A stretch of 61,723 nucleotides of DNA from an uncultured bacterium (GTDB lineage: Bacteria; CAYUVA01): contig CAYUVA010000024.1 of assembly GCA_964448115.1 (NCBI GenBank), positions 1 to 61,723 on the forward strand, in the 5' to 3' direction. Shown here one piece after another: positions 39,808-49,437 of the stretch. How positions within the stretch are numbered: the stretch's first letter is position 1; each line of letters opens with the position of its first letter. The position numbers and the translations under genes were made by a program. Below the pieces are notes generated by a model, which did not search any database, was not told the origin of the DNA, and worked only from the letters and a program-made list of their open reading frames with translations.

Positions 39808-41330
39808 TGCCTTGTATTATCTATATCGACAAGTTGCGATTCGGTTCCCATTACATAATCGAGCTGTGCCTTTGCGACCTCGTAATCCATGACCGCACTT
39901 ATGTAGTTGGAGCGCGCCTGGAGGTAGTCATCCTGCGCCTTGAGCAGGTCGATGTTTCGTATCAAGCCCTCCTGGTAGCTTTTATTCGCCAGCTCCAGCC
40001 CGTATTTCGCCTGCTGCATCGCCTTATCAAGGATGCTTATATTAGCCTCCAGCCGCTCTAGCTTCTCAGCTATGGAGATCGCTTCTTGGGTTAGCTCGAG
40101 TTTATAGTGCTCGATCTCGTTCTCCAGCTTTTTTAGCCTGAGACGAGCCTGGTAATATTGCTCGTGGTAGTAATTGTATCCAAAGGTATATTCGAATCCA
40201 ACGGTGGCGCTCCATTCGGGGTAATCGATCTTGATCGCCTCCTCGATCGCCTCTTGGTTGTTGGTATAAGCGCCTTTTATAACCAAATCCAATTCGGGGA
40301 GGCGAGCATTGGAGTAATACCTCATATCCAGCTGGGCAGCAAAGCGCTGCAAGTAAAGCATCTTAAGCTCCAGCCTGTTGGCTAGCGTTTGGGAGAGTAT
40401 CTCATCCAGCTTCACCTCGATCGGCTCATAATCGACCTTCTGGGTTAGCTTTATTTCTTGATTTACATCAAGCTCCAATTTGAGCAGCAATTGTCTCAGG
40501 TCTCCCCTTAAGCTCTGCCTCAGGTTGACCAGGTGGTTTTCCTTTGTATAAAGCTGGTTTTCCGCCTGGAGGACATCTATATGAGCCACCAAGCCCTCGT
40601 TGTATTTCATCTGGGTCGCCTTGAGGTGTTCCTTTGCCTGCTGGAGACCGAACTCGGCGACCTTTACCAGCTCTGTGCTTTTCAGCACCCGGTAATAGGC
40701 AGCCACGATCTCATAGAGCAGGGATTGTGCATAGCGCTTGAGGCTCATCATGGCGATCCGCTCATCATAGCCAGCGCCGACCAGATCAGCGGTCGCTATG
40801 CTGATGCCCATCCCCTTCATGAGGTGTTGGGTTAGCTCAATATCGAACACGGATGTATATTTATCGGTTCCCGGTGGCGTATCCTCGGTAATCGCAGTGG
40901 AATAGCCGCTGGCGCCAATGGAGAATGAACCTCCAGTCTCCAGGTCGCGACTTATGGTAGCTTCGATGCCTAGGGTGCTGTACCGGTTTACGGATGGCTC
41001 GCCGTCGGTGGTTTCCTTGAGCATGATGCCCGAAACCTCGCTCCCTATGTTCAGTTGAAAGGTGAAGGGATCCTTGGCTATGCGGCGAGCGCTTTGAGCA
41101 ATCATCTGATCCAGGCGATAGTTCCTCAAGAGGTAGTTGTTTTTCATACCCAGTTTGAGGGCATCCTGCAGGGTCAACCCGGTCCTGCCAAGATCGGAAC
41201 AGGCACCTGGATCTTGCCCCAAAACCAATGAGCTGCAAGATGCCAACAAAATGACAATAATAGCCAAATGTCCAGTTTTTGTTTCCATCCAGTTGCATAC
41301 TGGTATCCTGTGCGTAAATCTGCGATTCAT
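39804..41330 (-). CDS. TolC family outer membrane protein
   Basis: LTLQDAL..G..NN, two repeats of Y.EGL...D.L.A, LPELDL. Confidence 0.9.
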   Translation of the reverse strand: MNRRFTHRIPVCNWMETKTGHLAIIVILLASCSSLVLGQDPGACSDLGRTGLTLQDALKLGMKNNYLLRNYRLDQMIAQSARRIAKDPFTFQLNIGSEVSGIMLKETTDGEPSVNRYSTLGIEATISRDLETGGSFSIGASGYSTAITEDTPPGTDKYTSVFDIELTQHLMKGMGISIATADLVGAGYDERIAMMSLKRYAQSLLYEIVAAYYRVLKSTELVKVAEFGLQQAKEHLKATQMKYNEGLVAHIDVLQAENQLYTKENHLVNLRQSLRGDLRQLLLKLELDVNQEIKLTQKVDYEPIEVKLDEILSQTLANRLELKMLYLQRFAAQLDMRYYSNARLPELDLVIKGAYTNNQEAIEEAIKIDYPEWSATVGFEYTFGYNYYHEQYYQARLRLKKLENEIEHYKLELTQEAISIAEKLERLEANISILDKAMQQAKYGLELANKSYQEGLIRNIDLLKAQDDYLQARSNYISAVMDYEVAKAQLDYVMGTESQLVDIDNTRQ

Positions 41331-41360
41331 AAGGAGGGTCCTATGTTATGCCTGCGGCAT

Positions 41361-43580
41361 CTATAATCCATGCTTTTCTTTCAGATCGAGGATCTCTTTG
41401 CGCAGCAAGGCTGCCTCCTGACTATCGGGATTAACCTTGGATAAAAGCTCTTCGTAAAGCTCCATGGCTTTGTTGTACAGTCCTTTTCTCTGCAGGATCA
41501 TCGCCTTGAGTTTCTTTGCCTTGATTTGCCATTCCAACTGCGGCTTTTCCTTGATAACATAATCGACTTTTTCTATGGCTTCATCATGCCTTGCTTGTTC
41601 CATGAGTACCCTTGCATAATTGAGAGCTACCTGGGTGCGTTCATCCATGTCTTGAATGCGGTTTATCGAGTCGTACAGGGCGGCAAATATGGGCTTTGCT
41701 TCATCGTACTTGCCTTCATCGATGAGGATCTTCGATGTGCGAAGCTGTGCCTCTAAGGCGAACTGCGAGTTGGGGTAGTTCTTCTGTATCTCACGGTAGA
41801 TAGCCTTGGCAGCATCTATATTCCCCAGCGACTCCTGTATGAGTCCCTTGTGGAACTTGGCTTGCACCAATTTTTCATTATTAAGATATACATGTATGAA
41901 ACGATCATACAACTGATAGGCATCCATCAGTTTATTATCTCTGTAACTGCGATTGGCTCTGGACAACATGATATCCATCTCCTCGTAGGTCATCCTTGGC
42001 TGTGCATCGGTGGTCTGAAGCTGCCGTGCAGAACCAGAGCCAGCCACCCTCGAACCTTCCCGATCCCTGCCGAGACCAGGGAGCTTTGGCCACAGCAGAA
42101 CCGATGTCATCCCCACCAGGAATATCCCGATCATAGTAAATAGTATGTACCTGAGCTTCAGGTTAACCTGGGATTCATCTTTTTTGGTCCTTTTACGTTG
42201 TTCAGGAACCTTGAAACGCCCTTTGCTGTGTGGAGCTTGCGTTCTTATCTCATCCAGGGAGAAATCATCGATGCTCGCCTTTTCCTCCTGGCTGGATATC
42301 TCCGCAGGATTGCTCTCCTTTCCTAGCAACTGGTACAGTTGGTTATTTATGTAAGTATCGTTCGGTCGAAGGGATATGAGCCTTCTAAATGCTAATACCG
42401 CGCCGATGAAGTTGTTGTTCAATACATGCAGCTTGGCAAGTCTCAATAAAAGCGAAAAATTATATGGATCCTGCGCCACCTCCTTTTCCAAGTCCTCGAT
42501 TGAGGGCGTCTTCTCGTCATATATGCGATAGTTCTTGATGGCGCTGAAGCGCTGGATCTTGCGGTGAGCATCCTTGTTGTTTGGATCTAAAGATACGGCT
42601 AGATGATAATGCCACAGAGCCTCGCCGATGCAGTTGCGATTCTTGTTATATATCTCATCCCCGCGTTGGTTATGGATCCGAGAAAAGGTGGTGTTTATCT
42701 CATCCTGCACCTGCTGGGGATCCTTCAAGAAACGAATAAATGTCTGCTTGCCAAACAGCGTGGACTTGTATTCCTTGCAGATATTCTCCAGGTCGGCAAT
42801 CGCCTCATCCGCGGACTGATAGCGGTTGCTTACCTCCTTGGTGAGCATCTTGTTCACCAGTTCGCAAAGCTCCAACGGGATGGTCCAGTCTATATCCAGC
42901 AGGCTTTTGGGGCTTTTTTGCACGATCTTCATCATGGTAGAGGCAATGGTCGATTCCTCGTAGGGGTGCTCACCGGCGAGCATCTCGTAAAGGATGACTC
43001 CGAGTGCGAAAAGGTCGCTGCGGGCATCTATATTCCCCAAGATGACCTGCTCCGGCGACATGTAGGAAGGGGTGCCCACCAGGTGCCCGGTCTGGGTCAA
43101 CACGGTCAGGTTCTCCGCCTTCAGGATGCCGAAATCGGTGAGCTTTATCTCCCCCTCATTAGAGATCATTATATTGGACGGCTTGACATCGCGGTGGATC
43201 ACACCCATCTTGTGGGAGTAGGATAATCCCCTAAGTATCTCGTTAGCTATATATGCAGCCAGCAGCCAGGGTAGCTTGCGATGGATTGACAGGAACTTCT
43301 CCAGGTTCATCCCATCGATGTACTCAAGCGCTATATAATAGTATCCTTTGTACAAGCCTCCATCCACTGCCTTGACTATGTTGGGATGGTTCATCACCCG
43401 ATTGATCTTGATCTCACGGGTGAAGCGCTCCTTGTATTGTATATTGCTCGCCACCGAGCGAGGAAGTATCTTGAGCGCCACTAGCTGACCGCTGTCAAGG
43501 TCTCTAGCCTGATACATCTCGGACATAGCGGTCTTGGCTATGACGCCGATGATCTCGAATTTTTTAAACTCCTTAGCCAT
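41361..43580 (-). CDS. Hanks-type Ser/Thr protein kinase with TPRs, one TM and an extracytoplasmic TPR domain
   Basis: VALK, HPNIV, IHRDVKPSN, DFG, GTPSYMSPEQ, SDLFALG. Confidence 0.93.
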   Translation of the reverse strand: MAKEFKKFEIIGVIAKTAMSEMYQARDLDSGQLVALKILPRSVASNIQYKERFTREIKINRVMNHPNIVKAVDGGLYKGYYYIALEYIDGMNLEKFLSIHRKLPWLLAAYIANEILRGLSYSHKMGVIHRDVKPSNIMISNEGEIKLTDFGILKAENLTVLTQTGHLVGTPSYMSPEQVILGNIDARSDLFALGVILYEMLAGEHPYEESTIASTMMKIVQKSPKSLLDIDWTIPLELCELVNKMLTKEVSNRYQSADEAIADLENICKEYKSTLFGKQTFIRFLKDPQQVQDEINTTFSRIHNQRGDEIYNKNRNCIGEALWHYHLAVSLDPNNKDAHRKIQRFSAIKNYRIYDEKTPSIEDLEKEVAQDPYNFSLLLRLAKLHVLNNNFIGAVLAFRRLISLRPNDTYINNQLYQLLGKESNPAEISSQEEKASIDDFSLDEIRTQAPHSKGRFKVPEQRKRTKKDESQVNLKLRYILFTMIGIFLVGMTSVLLWPKLPGLGRDREGSRVAGSGSARQLQTTDAQPRMTYEEMDIMLSRANRSYRDNKLMDAYQLYDRFIHVYLNNEKLVQAKFHKGLIQESLGNIDAAKAIYREIQKNYPNSQFALEAQLRTSKILIDEGKYDEAKPIFAALYDSINRIQDMDERTQVALNYARVLMEQARHDEAIEKVDYVIKEKPQLEWQIKAKKLKAMILQRKGLYNKAMELYEELLSKVNPDSQEAALLRKEILDLKEKHGL

Positions 43581-43638
43581 AAACCTGCGGGTATATAGAA
43601 TACTAAGAATGCAATAACTACTATACTACAATGCCTTA

Positions 43639-44499
43639 TTATTTGAAATAACTTGAAGCTATGGCTCCGCTGTAGAGGGAGGCATTTATCATTCGTGCCA
43701 CCGGGGCGCATTTCACCATGAATAAAAAGAAGATAGGTGCTTCGACTCCCCACAAGGTCTCCAGGTTTCCCTGCCCCTTGGCAATTATCAGATCCGCCCC
43801 CTGGAAGTGTCGCCTGAAGTCGGCTGAGCATTCGGGTAGATAACATCCAGGGACATCGCTGCCGGTTGTTATGACGGGCACTAACTCATCTAGCTCGACT
43901 TCAACGGCATCCTGGTAGGTCGCATCGTTTAGCACCGCGCTCCCTCGCACCGCGTAGGTTACCCTCCCCTCGGGGAGCTGCTCGATCAAAACCTTGTCAA
44001 AGACGATCTCGCCAGCATTATCGCCGATGAAAAGGATATTCTCGGCACTCTGCGCAAGTTTGACAATCAAGGGACGCAGATCGATCTCGATGATCTGGTG
44101 CAGTATGTTATCGACCAACCCTATTATATCTATATCATCCCCTTGGCGGGGAACGCCGAAGTCTATGATGTTACCTGCCATGGATATTGCAAGAGCAGTA
44201 AATAGTGGCTCTGAACTATCATCGACCAGGCTCCTTAGCCTATCGTAAACACTGAGCGCCTTACGGTTGCTTCGATGTTTGATCTCATCAAAGGGATCAG
44301 CAGTTTCGGTCATGTGAGCCATGGTTCTGTAGATTAACCTCCCGAACAGCGGGGGTGGCAGCTCAAAGCTCAACTGGCTGATCTCATCGAGGATCCTGGC
44401 TATTATCTTATCAGCCTCAGCCGGTTGGATCTCCAGACGCTCAAGTGTATTGATCGTCTGTTTTATTAGGCAGGGAATGCAGTCATAAGCTAGTTTCAT
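43639..44499 (-). CDS. ARMT1/DUF89 family damage-control phosphatase
   Basis: DCIPC..Q, GNIIDFG, DNAGEIVFD, NDAT, IAKGQGNLETL, KC. Confidence 0.92.
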   Translation of the reverse strand: MKLAYDCIPCLIKQTINTLERLEIQPAEADKIIARILDEISQLSFELPPPLFGRLIYRTMAHMTETADPFDEIKHRSNRKALSVYDRLRSLVDDSSEPLFTALAISMAGNIIDFGVPRQGDDIDIIGLVDNILHQIIEIDLRPLIVKLAQSAENILFIGDNAGEIVFDKVLIEQLPEGRVTYAVRGSAVLNDATYQDAVEVELDELVPVITTGSDVPGCYLPECSADFRRHFQGADLIIAKGQGNLETLWGVEAPIFFLFMVKCAPVARMINASLYSGAIASSYFK

Positions 44500-44541
44500 A
44501 AGAAAACTGAAGGATCGGTCGCTAAATGATTCAGGCTGAGC

Positions 44542-46890
44542 TTACAGTTGTCTGCCGAAGTGCTTCTTCAGTTGCTCCAGTCGTTGCAGGAATTCCTCTT
44601 CGGTAGGTTCCTTTTCTGGTTCTTTCTGTGCTGCTGCCACTGGTTCCACCCGTACTGGTTTTGCCTNNNNNNNNNNNNNNNNNNNNNNNNNNNNNNNNNN
44701 NNNNNNCGCTTTTCGTATCTCTGGGGGGACCGGCACCTGCACATCCTTGATGCTCAATCCAATGCGCCGACGCTGTTGATCCAAGGAGATGACCTTGACC
44801 TGGATGACATCGCCGACATGGAACATGGTGGCTGGATCCTCGACAAAGCCCCGTGAAAGCTCGGAGACATGCACCAGACCATCCTGGTTTACGCCTATAT
44901 CTACAAAGACACCGAAATTAGTAACATTAGTTACCTGACCGGTCAGGGTCATTCCTTCTCTCAAGTCCTTGATGGCTCTAACTTCCTCGGTGAACTTCTT
45001 GCGCACCTTATCGCTTCTGGGATCTTTATCCGGTTCACGAAGCTGCTCCACGATGGCTTGCAGTGTCTCGATTCCTATCTTCTCGCCCACAAAAGCCTGA
45101 AGGTCGAGGCTATCGAGCTTTTCAGCATTTGCGATAAGCTCGGCAGTATCCAGATCCGAAGATTCAGCCATCCTTCTGACCACCTGGTAGTGATCCGGGT
45201 GTATCATCAGTGCATCCAGGGGATTGGAGCCATTTTTCACCCTGAGGAATCCGGCTGCGAACCTTCCCTTTTTGGATCCGATCTTTCTTATTTTATATAT
45301 TTGTTTCAGCGTCTTGAAGCTGCCGAAGCGGATGCGAGATCTTACGATCTCCTTGCCGCCAGAGATTCCCAAGCCAGCGATATAAGATAGCATGTATGGC
45401 GAGTCGGTATTGACATCTGCGCCCACCCGGTTGACGCAGGATTCGACCACTTGGTCCAGGGCGTGCTTGAGCCTGTTCTGGTCAACATCATGCTGGTATT
45501 GTCCTACGCCGACATGCCTGGCTTCCATCTTGACGAACTCCCGCAGAGGATCGATCAGCCTCCGGGCAACGCTGATCGCTCCGCGCACGGTGGTTTCTAG
45601 CCGTGGAAACTCGTCCCGGGCAGCCTTCGAGGAGGCGTAAATATTAAGCCCGGTATCGTTAATCATGTAAAGATCCAGCTTATTGGAGAACTCCTTCTCC
45701 GAGATATCAACCATCAATTGATCCATGTCGCGATTGGAGCCTCCGCTGGCGATGGCTACTGCCTCGATGTCATATTTCTTAATAAAATCGACTATATCGG
45801 CTTTTAGCTTATCGATCTCCTTATCATCGGCTCTCAGATAAATGGAGATATAATCTAAAAAGATCCCGTCAGGATCCACCGCGGCGAGCCTGTATGAATT
45901 TCTTGAGCTGCTGTTTATGCCTAGCACTTTTTTGCCCTTGATGGGCGCGGTCATCAGGATATCATGCAGGTTCTTGGTGAAAACAGCGATAGCCTCACGG
46001 TCAGCCCGTTCCTTTAACGCCGCTCTAAGTTCCAGGTCTATTGCTGGGTAGATCAGCTTTCGGTAGGTATCCAGGATGATGACCTGTAGGAACTGTTTGG
46101 CTTGCCCATCTACATCATGGAGATATTTATCCATTATGAAGCTCAGGATCTCCTTTTCGCTGCCCTTGAAGGAGATCTTCAAAAATCCATCCTTTTCTCC
46201 TCTCCTGATGGCTAGTATCCTATGGGATGGGATCTCGCTTATCTTCTCGGAGAAATTGTAGTAATCCTGGTACTTGCTGGGCACATCTGATTTTGAGTCA
46301 ACCGGGCTGGTTACCACAAGACCTTCCTGGAAGAAGTGCTCTCTAATAAACTCCCTTACTTCCATATCCTCAGCGAGGCGTTCAGCAACAATATGGGCAG
46401 CTCCGCTAAGAGCCTCCTTGATGTTTGCTACCCCGGTGCTTCTCTTGATGAATGGCTTAGCCAGGTCTTCGAGCTGCGTGTTTGCGTCCTTTTGCTTGAA
46501 TAGCTTGTCAGCCAGACCCTCCAGCCCCTTTTCTTTTGCCTTTGCCACCTGGTTATGAGGTTTGGGCTTGTAGGGGACGAAGATATCCTCCAGCTCCACC
46601 TTTTCGTAGGTGTCCATGATCCGTTTTCTTAGCTCTTCGGTAAGCTTTCCCTGGGCATCTATGGCGCTCATGACAGCCAGCTTGCGATCCTCAAGCTCAT
46701 GCAGCTCAGCCTTGCGATCTCTTATCTCCCTGATCGTCCATTCATCAGTATCACCGATAAGGTCCTTACCATAATGAGCCAGGTATGGAATCGGATAGCC
46801 TTTATCCAACAGCTCGACAATGTTCTTGAGCTTTTCCTCCTCGATCTCGAATTCTTCTTTCAGTCTGTTAATGATCCTTTCTTTCTCCAT
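44542..46890 (-). CDS. Tex family RNA-binding transcription accessory protein (divergent), contains an assembly gap
   Basis: ELED...PYKPK, SHRILAIRRGE, GVGQYQHDV, C-terminal S1 (NFGVFVDIGV.QDGLVHVSE). Confidence 0.9.
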   Translation of the reverse strand: MEKERIINRLKEEFEIEEEKLKNIVELLDKGYPIPYLAHYGKDLIGDTDEWTIREIRDRKAELHELEDRKLAVMSAIDAQGKLTEELRKRIMDTYEKVELEDIFVPYKPKPHNQVAKAKEKGLEGLADKLFKQKDANTQLEDLAKPFIKRSTGVANIKEALSGAAHIVAERLAEDMEVREFIREHFFQEGLVVTSPVDSKSDVPSKYQDYYNFSEKISEIPSHRILAIRRGEKDGFLKISFKGSEKEILSFIMDKYLHDVDGQAKQFLQVIILDTYRKLIYPAIDLELRAALKERADREAIAVFTKNLHDILMTAPIKGKKVLGINSSSRNSYRLAAVDPDGIFLDYISIYLRADDKEIDKLKADIVDFIKKYDIEAVAIASGGSNRDMDQLMVDISEKEFSNKLDLYMINDTGLNIYASSKAARDEFPRLETTVRGAISVARRLIDPLREFVKMEARHVGVGQYQHDVDQNRLKHALDQVVESCVNRVGADVNTDSPYMLSYIAGLGISGGKEIVRSRIRFGSFKTLKQIYKIRKIGSKKGRFAAGFLRVKNGSNPLDALMIHPDHYQVVRRMAESSDLDTAELIANAEKLDSLDLQAFVGEKIGIETLQAIVEQLREPDKDPRSDKVRKKFTEEVRAIKDLREGMTLTGQVTNVTNFGVFVDIGVNQDGLVHVSELSRGFVEDPATMFHVGDVIQVKVISLDQQRRRIGLSIKDVQVPVPPEIRKAXXXXXXXXXXXXXXAKPVRVEPVAAAQKEPEKEPTEEEFLQRLEQLKKHFGRQL
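44667..44706. other. assembly gap (40 N)
   Basis: Run of N inside the C-terminal tail of the Tex-like gene. Confidence 0.99.
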
Positions 46891-47178
46891 TCTAATTACG
46901 AACCCCTAGGCTTAAACTATTATTATCGAACACATTGAGACATGATTGAAACCATGGCACATTTCGCCATTTTACCTTTGGGCAACACCCCCTTGTTTCG
47001 TATGTATGGCAGCCTTATGGCTTCCATTTCAAGCACGATCTCCTTTATATCAAAATGGCTCGTTGCATCAAGCCGAAGCAGTAACATAATAAAAAACGAT
47101 TTGCTTTTCAAGCATATTCGTGATATAAAAGTATGTCTAATGAAAACTCCTCCCAGATGGAAAGGAGATCCAAAAAAC

Positions 47179-47688
47179 ATGGCTAGTTTCAACATCGGAG
47201 ACAAGGTAATATACCCCAACCAAGGCATCGCTGAGATTAAGGATATAAAGGAAGGGAACCTCAAAGGCACCTCCACAAAGTATTACATCCTAAAAACGCT
47301 AGGCAAAAATATGGAAGTCATGGTGCCGGTTAAAAACGCAGAGAAGATCGGCATCCGTTTCCTTATAACACCAGACAAGGTCAACAAGGTTTACGATATA
47401 CTAAAAGAAAAGGGGAACAATCCACCAGTCCAGTGGCATCATCGCTATAACAACAATATAAAGCGACTGCAGAGCGGCTCCATCTTCGAGACAGCTCAGG
47501 TGGTAAGGGAGCTTGCCAGCATACAGCGAAAAAAGAGCCTGGCAGTAAAGGAAAGCCGTATGATGGATAATGCCATGAAGCTGCTCATCTCGGAGATCGC
47601 CACGGTCAATAATGTAGATGAACAAAAGATAGAGCAGGTGGTCCGCTCGCTTTTAGCTCTTGAATCTACTCAGAAGGTAAACGCCTAG
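47179..47688 (+). CDS. carD: CarD family transcriptional regulator
   Basis: FNIGDKVIYPNQG, MVPV...IGIR, W..RY, SG.IFE.A.V.R.L; AAAGGAG RBS supports the ATG at 47179 rather than 46942. Confidence 0.9.
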   Translation: MASFNIGDKVIYPNQGIAEIKDIKEGNLKGTSTKYYILKTLGKNMEVMVPVKNAEKIGIRFLITPDKVNKVYDILKEKGNNPPVQWHHRYNNNIKRLQSGSIFETAQVVRELASIQRKKSLAVKESRMMDNAMKLLISEIATVNNVDEQKIEQVVRSLLALESTQKVNA

Positions 47689-49120
47689 CTATATCGCTCC
47701 TCGCCGGCTTGGTATCACTCAGGCAAAGTGATAGAAGTATAAAAATTACCGCTAATCCCAGGTAATTGTCATTGAATGCCCTGGCGAAGAGGAAAAAGAC
47801 CAGAGTCGATACTCCCACGCTGAATAACATCAGCGACAAGGAGGGATTTTTATAAAGCAGGTAAAGCAAAAACCCCCCTAGCGGCACCCATAACAGCACA
47901 TGCAGATACCAAAGCGAGAATCCCTGGTTTCTGCTCGCTACCGAGCCTAAAAGCAAAGGAATATTGGATAGCCCATATCCTGGCATCCCACCAAGCGGGA
48001 TGTTGATGGAACTAAGCCCGATATTGGAAAAGATGGTATCATCCCAAAAAGCCTCGCCATCCCATACCGCAAAGGGTATTACCATGCAGGCGATCACCAT
48101 GATGAATGCTAATAGCGAACCTCTCAGTCTCAGATATGCCTTGGCTGGATCCATGGCTCCAGTGTTGTTACAGCGGGCTGCATAGATGATAAAAAACGGT
48201 GCCTGGACTACCAGGAACTGCTTGGTGGTTACCGCAAGTGCTAGCAATATGAATGCTAACACAAACCGACCCTTTTGTATGAGCGCTATGAAGCCCAATA
48301 AATAAGCAAGAATGAGAACATCGTTGCGACCAGAGATCATGCTGTTATAGAAAAATGGCATGAAACTTATGCATGAAAGCAGTGCTCTAGCTGTTGAATC
48401 CCTTGCCACCAATCGATAAGTAAGCAGCACCAGCATTACATAAGCCAGCAAATAAAAGATCCGTTGATCATAGAATCCCAGGATATGCTTGAATACTAGA
48501 TATACCGGCATGGGAGCTATGAAGGCAGCCGGGAAGTATGGGATATGGTAGATGCAGGGATAGTAACCGTACTTCTGCCAGAAGGGTGTATAGATATATT
48601 TCTCGCACTCGGTACCGAAGTAATCCTTGGTATAAGGGTTCTCGCCGCTAAGCAACATATTCATGGCAGCCTCTATCTGCAGCACGCCTCCATCATGCGC
48701 CACCGAGAAGTCCCCCCAGCTTCTCCTTGCCATGTCGTTGAATATAGGAAAAGCGATGGCTATCACCAGCATGGCTATGAATATCGTGTTCTTGTAGCGA
48801 TCTCTATTGGAGGCAAAATGCTTGTGCAAAGAAGGAATCGCCGATAGGTTTGCCTTGGATGCGAAAAGATCGCATAGAATATATAACAGAAGCAGAAGCA
48901 CACCCATGATGGCAAATAGCGTGCCTATGGGATTATCAAAGGTTGGATATTTTATCGAGATAAGCTCCCTGGAACTCAACCCCGTCTTGATGAATAGCCG
49001 GTTGATCATGTCATGGTAGGTCGTATTTATGCTCACCGACAAGGGGTAAAGGTACATAAGGGCAAGTATTGCGGTATCAATAGCTATTATTGACCCTCGA
49101 TCAACACTGTTTCCGTGCAT
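47666..49120 (-). CDS. GT-C-like (GT87-like) membrane glycosyltransferase
   Basis: HD.....E.A...LL.GENPY, Y.P, GRND, KQ, PF..WD; many TMs. Confidence 0.7.
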   Translation of the reverse strand: MHGNSVDRGSIIAIDTAILALMYLYPLSVSINTTYHDMINRLFIKTGLSSRELISIKYPTFDNPIGTLFAIMGVLLLLLYILCDLFASKANLSAIPSLHKHFASNRDRYKNTIFIAMLVIAIAFPIFNDMARRSWGDFSVAHDGGVLQIEAAMNMLLSGENPYTKDYFGTECEKYIYTPFWQKYGYYPCIYHIPYFPAAFIAPMPVYLVFKHILGFYDQRIFYLLAYVMLVLLTYRLVARDSTARALLSCISFMPFFYNSMISGRNDVLILAYLLGFIALIQKGRFVLAFILLALAVTTKQFLVVQAPFFIIYAARCNNTGAMDPAKAYLRLRGSLLAFIMVIACMVIPFAVWDGEAFWDDTIFSNIGLSSINIPLGGMPGYGLSNIPLLLGSVASRNQGFSLWYLHVLLWVPLGGFLLYLLYKNPSLSLMLFSVGVSTLVFFLFARAFNDNYLGLAVIFILLSLCLSDTKPARSDIARRLPSE

Positions 49121-49437
49121 GGATATATACTATCATCAAAATGATTCATCTTCATCAGAAAAACTCTTGATATTTCTATTGCATAGCGCTAATATCCTGC
49201 CCAGTTTGGACAAAAAAGCAATGTTTGCGGTAACTACAGGCTGACAGATGCTTGGAATCGCAAAGCATCGGATCGCTAAGCCAGCCCCCGCGAAGGCGGA
49301 GGTGCTGCCTGACCGGCAGCTTAATCCCACTATACTCCGTCCCTCAGACCATGTGATGAGCATAATGCCATCGCACAGTCCCTAGTAAACGATCTTCTTT
49401 TTTTAACCGATCAAAACCTATAAATGGAGAGAATAGA

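Noticed and set aside
44667-44706. Frameshift or insertion in the Tex-like gene
   Set aside because: This is an assembly gap of uncertain true length, so no biological inference is possible
46942-47178. 79-aa N-terminal extension of CarD
   Set aside because: A strong RBS precedes the ATG at 47179; the upstream part reads as a divergent promoter region
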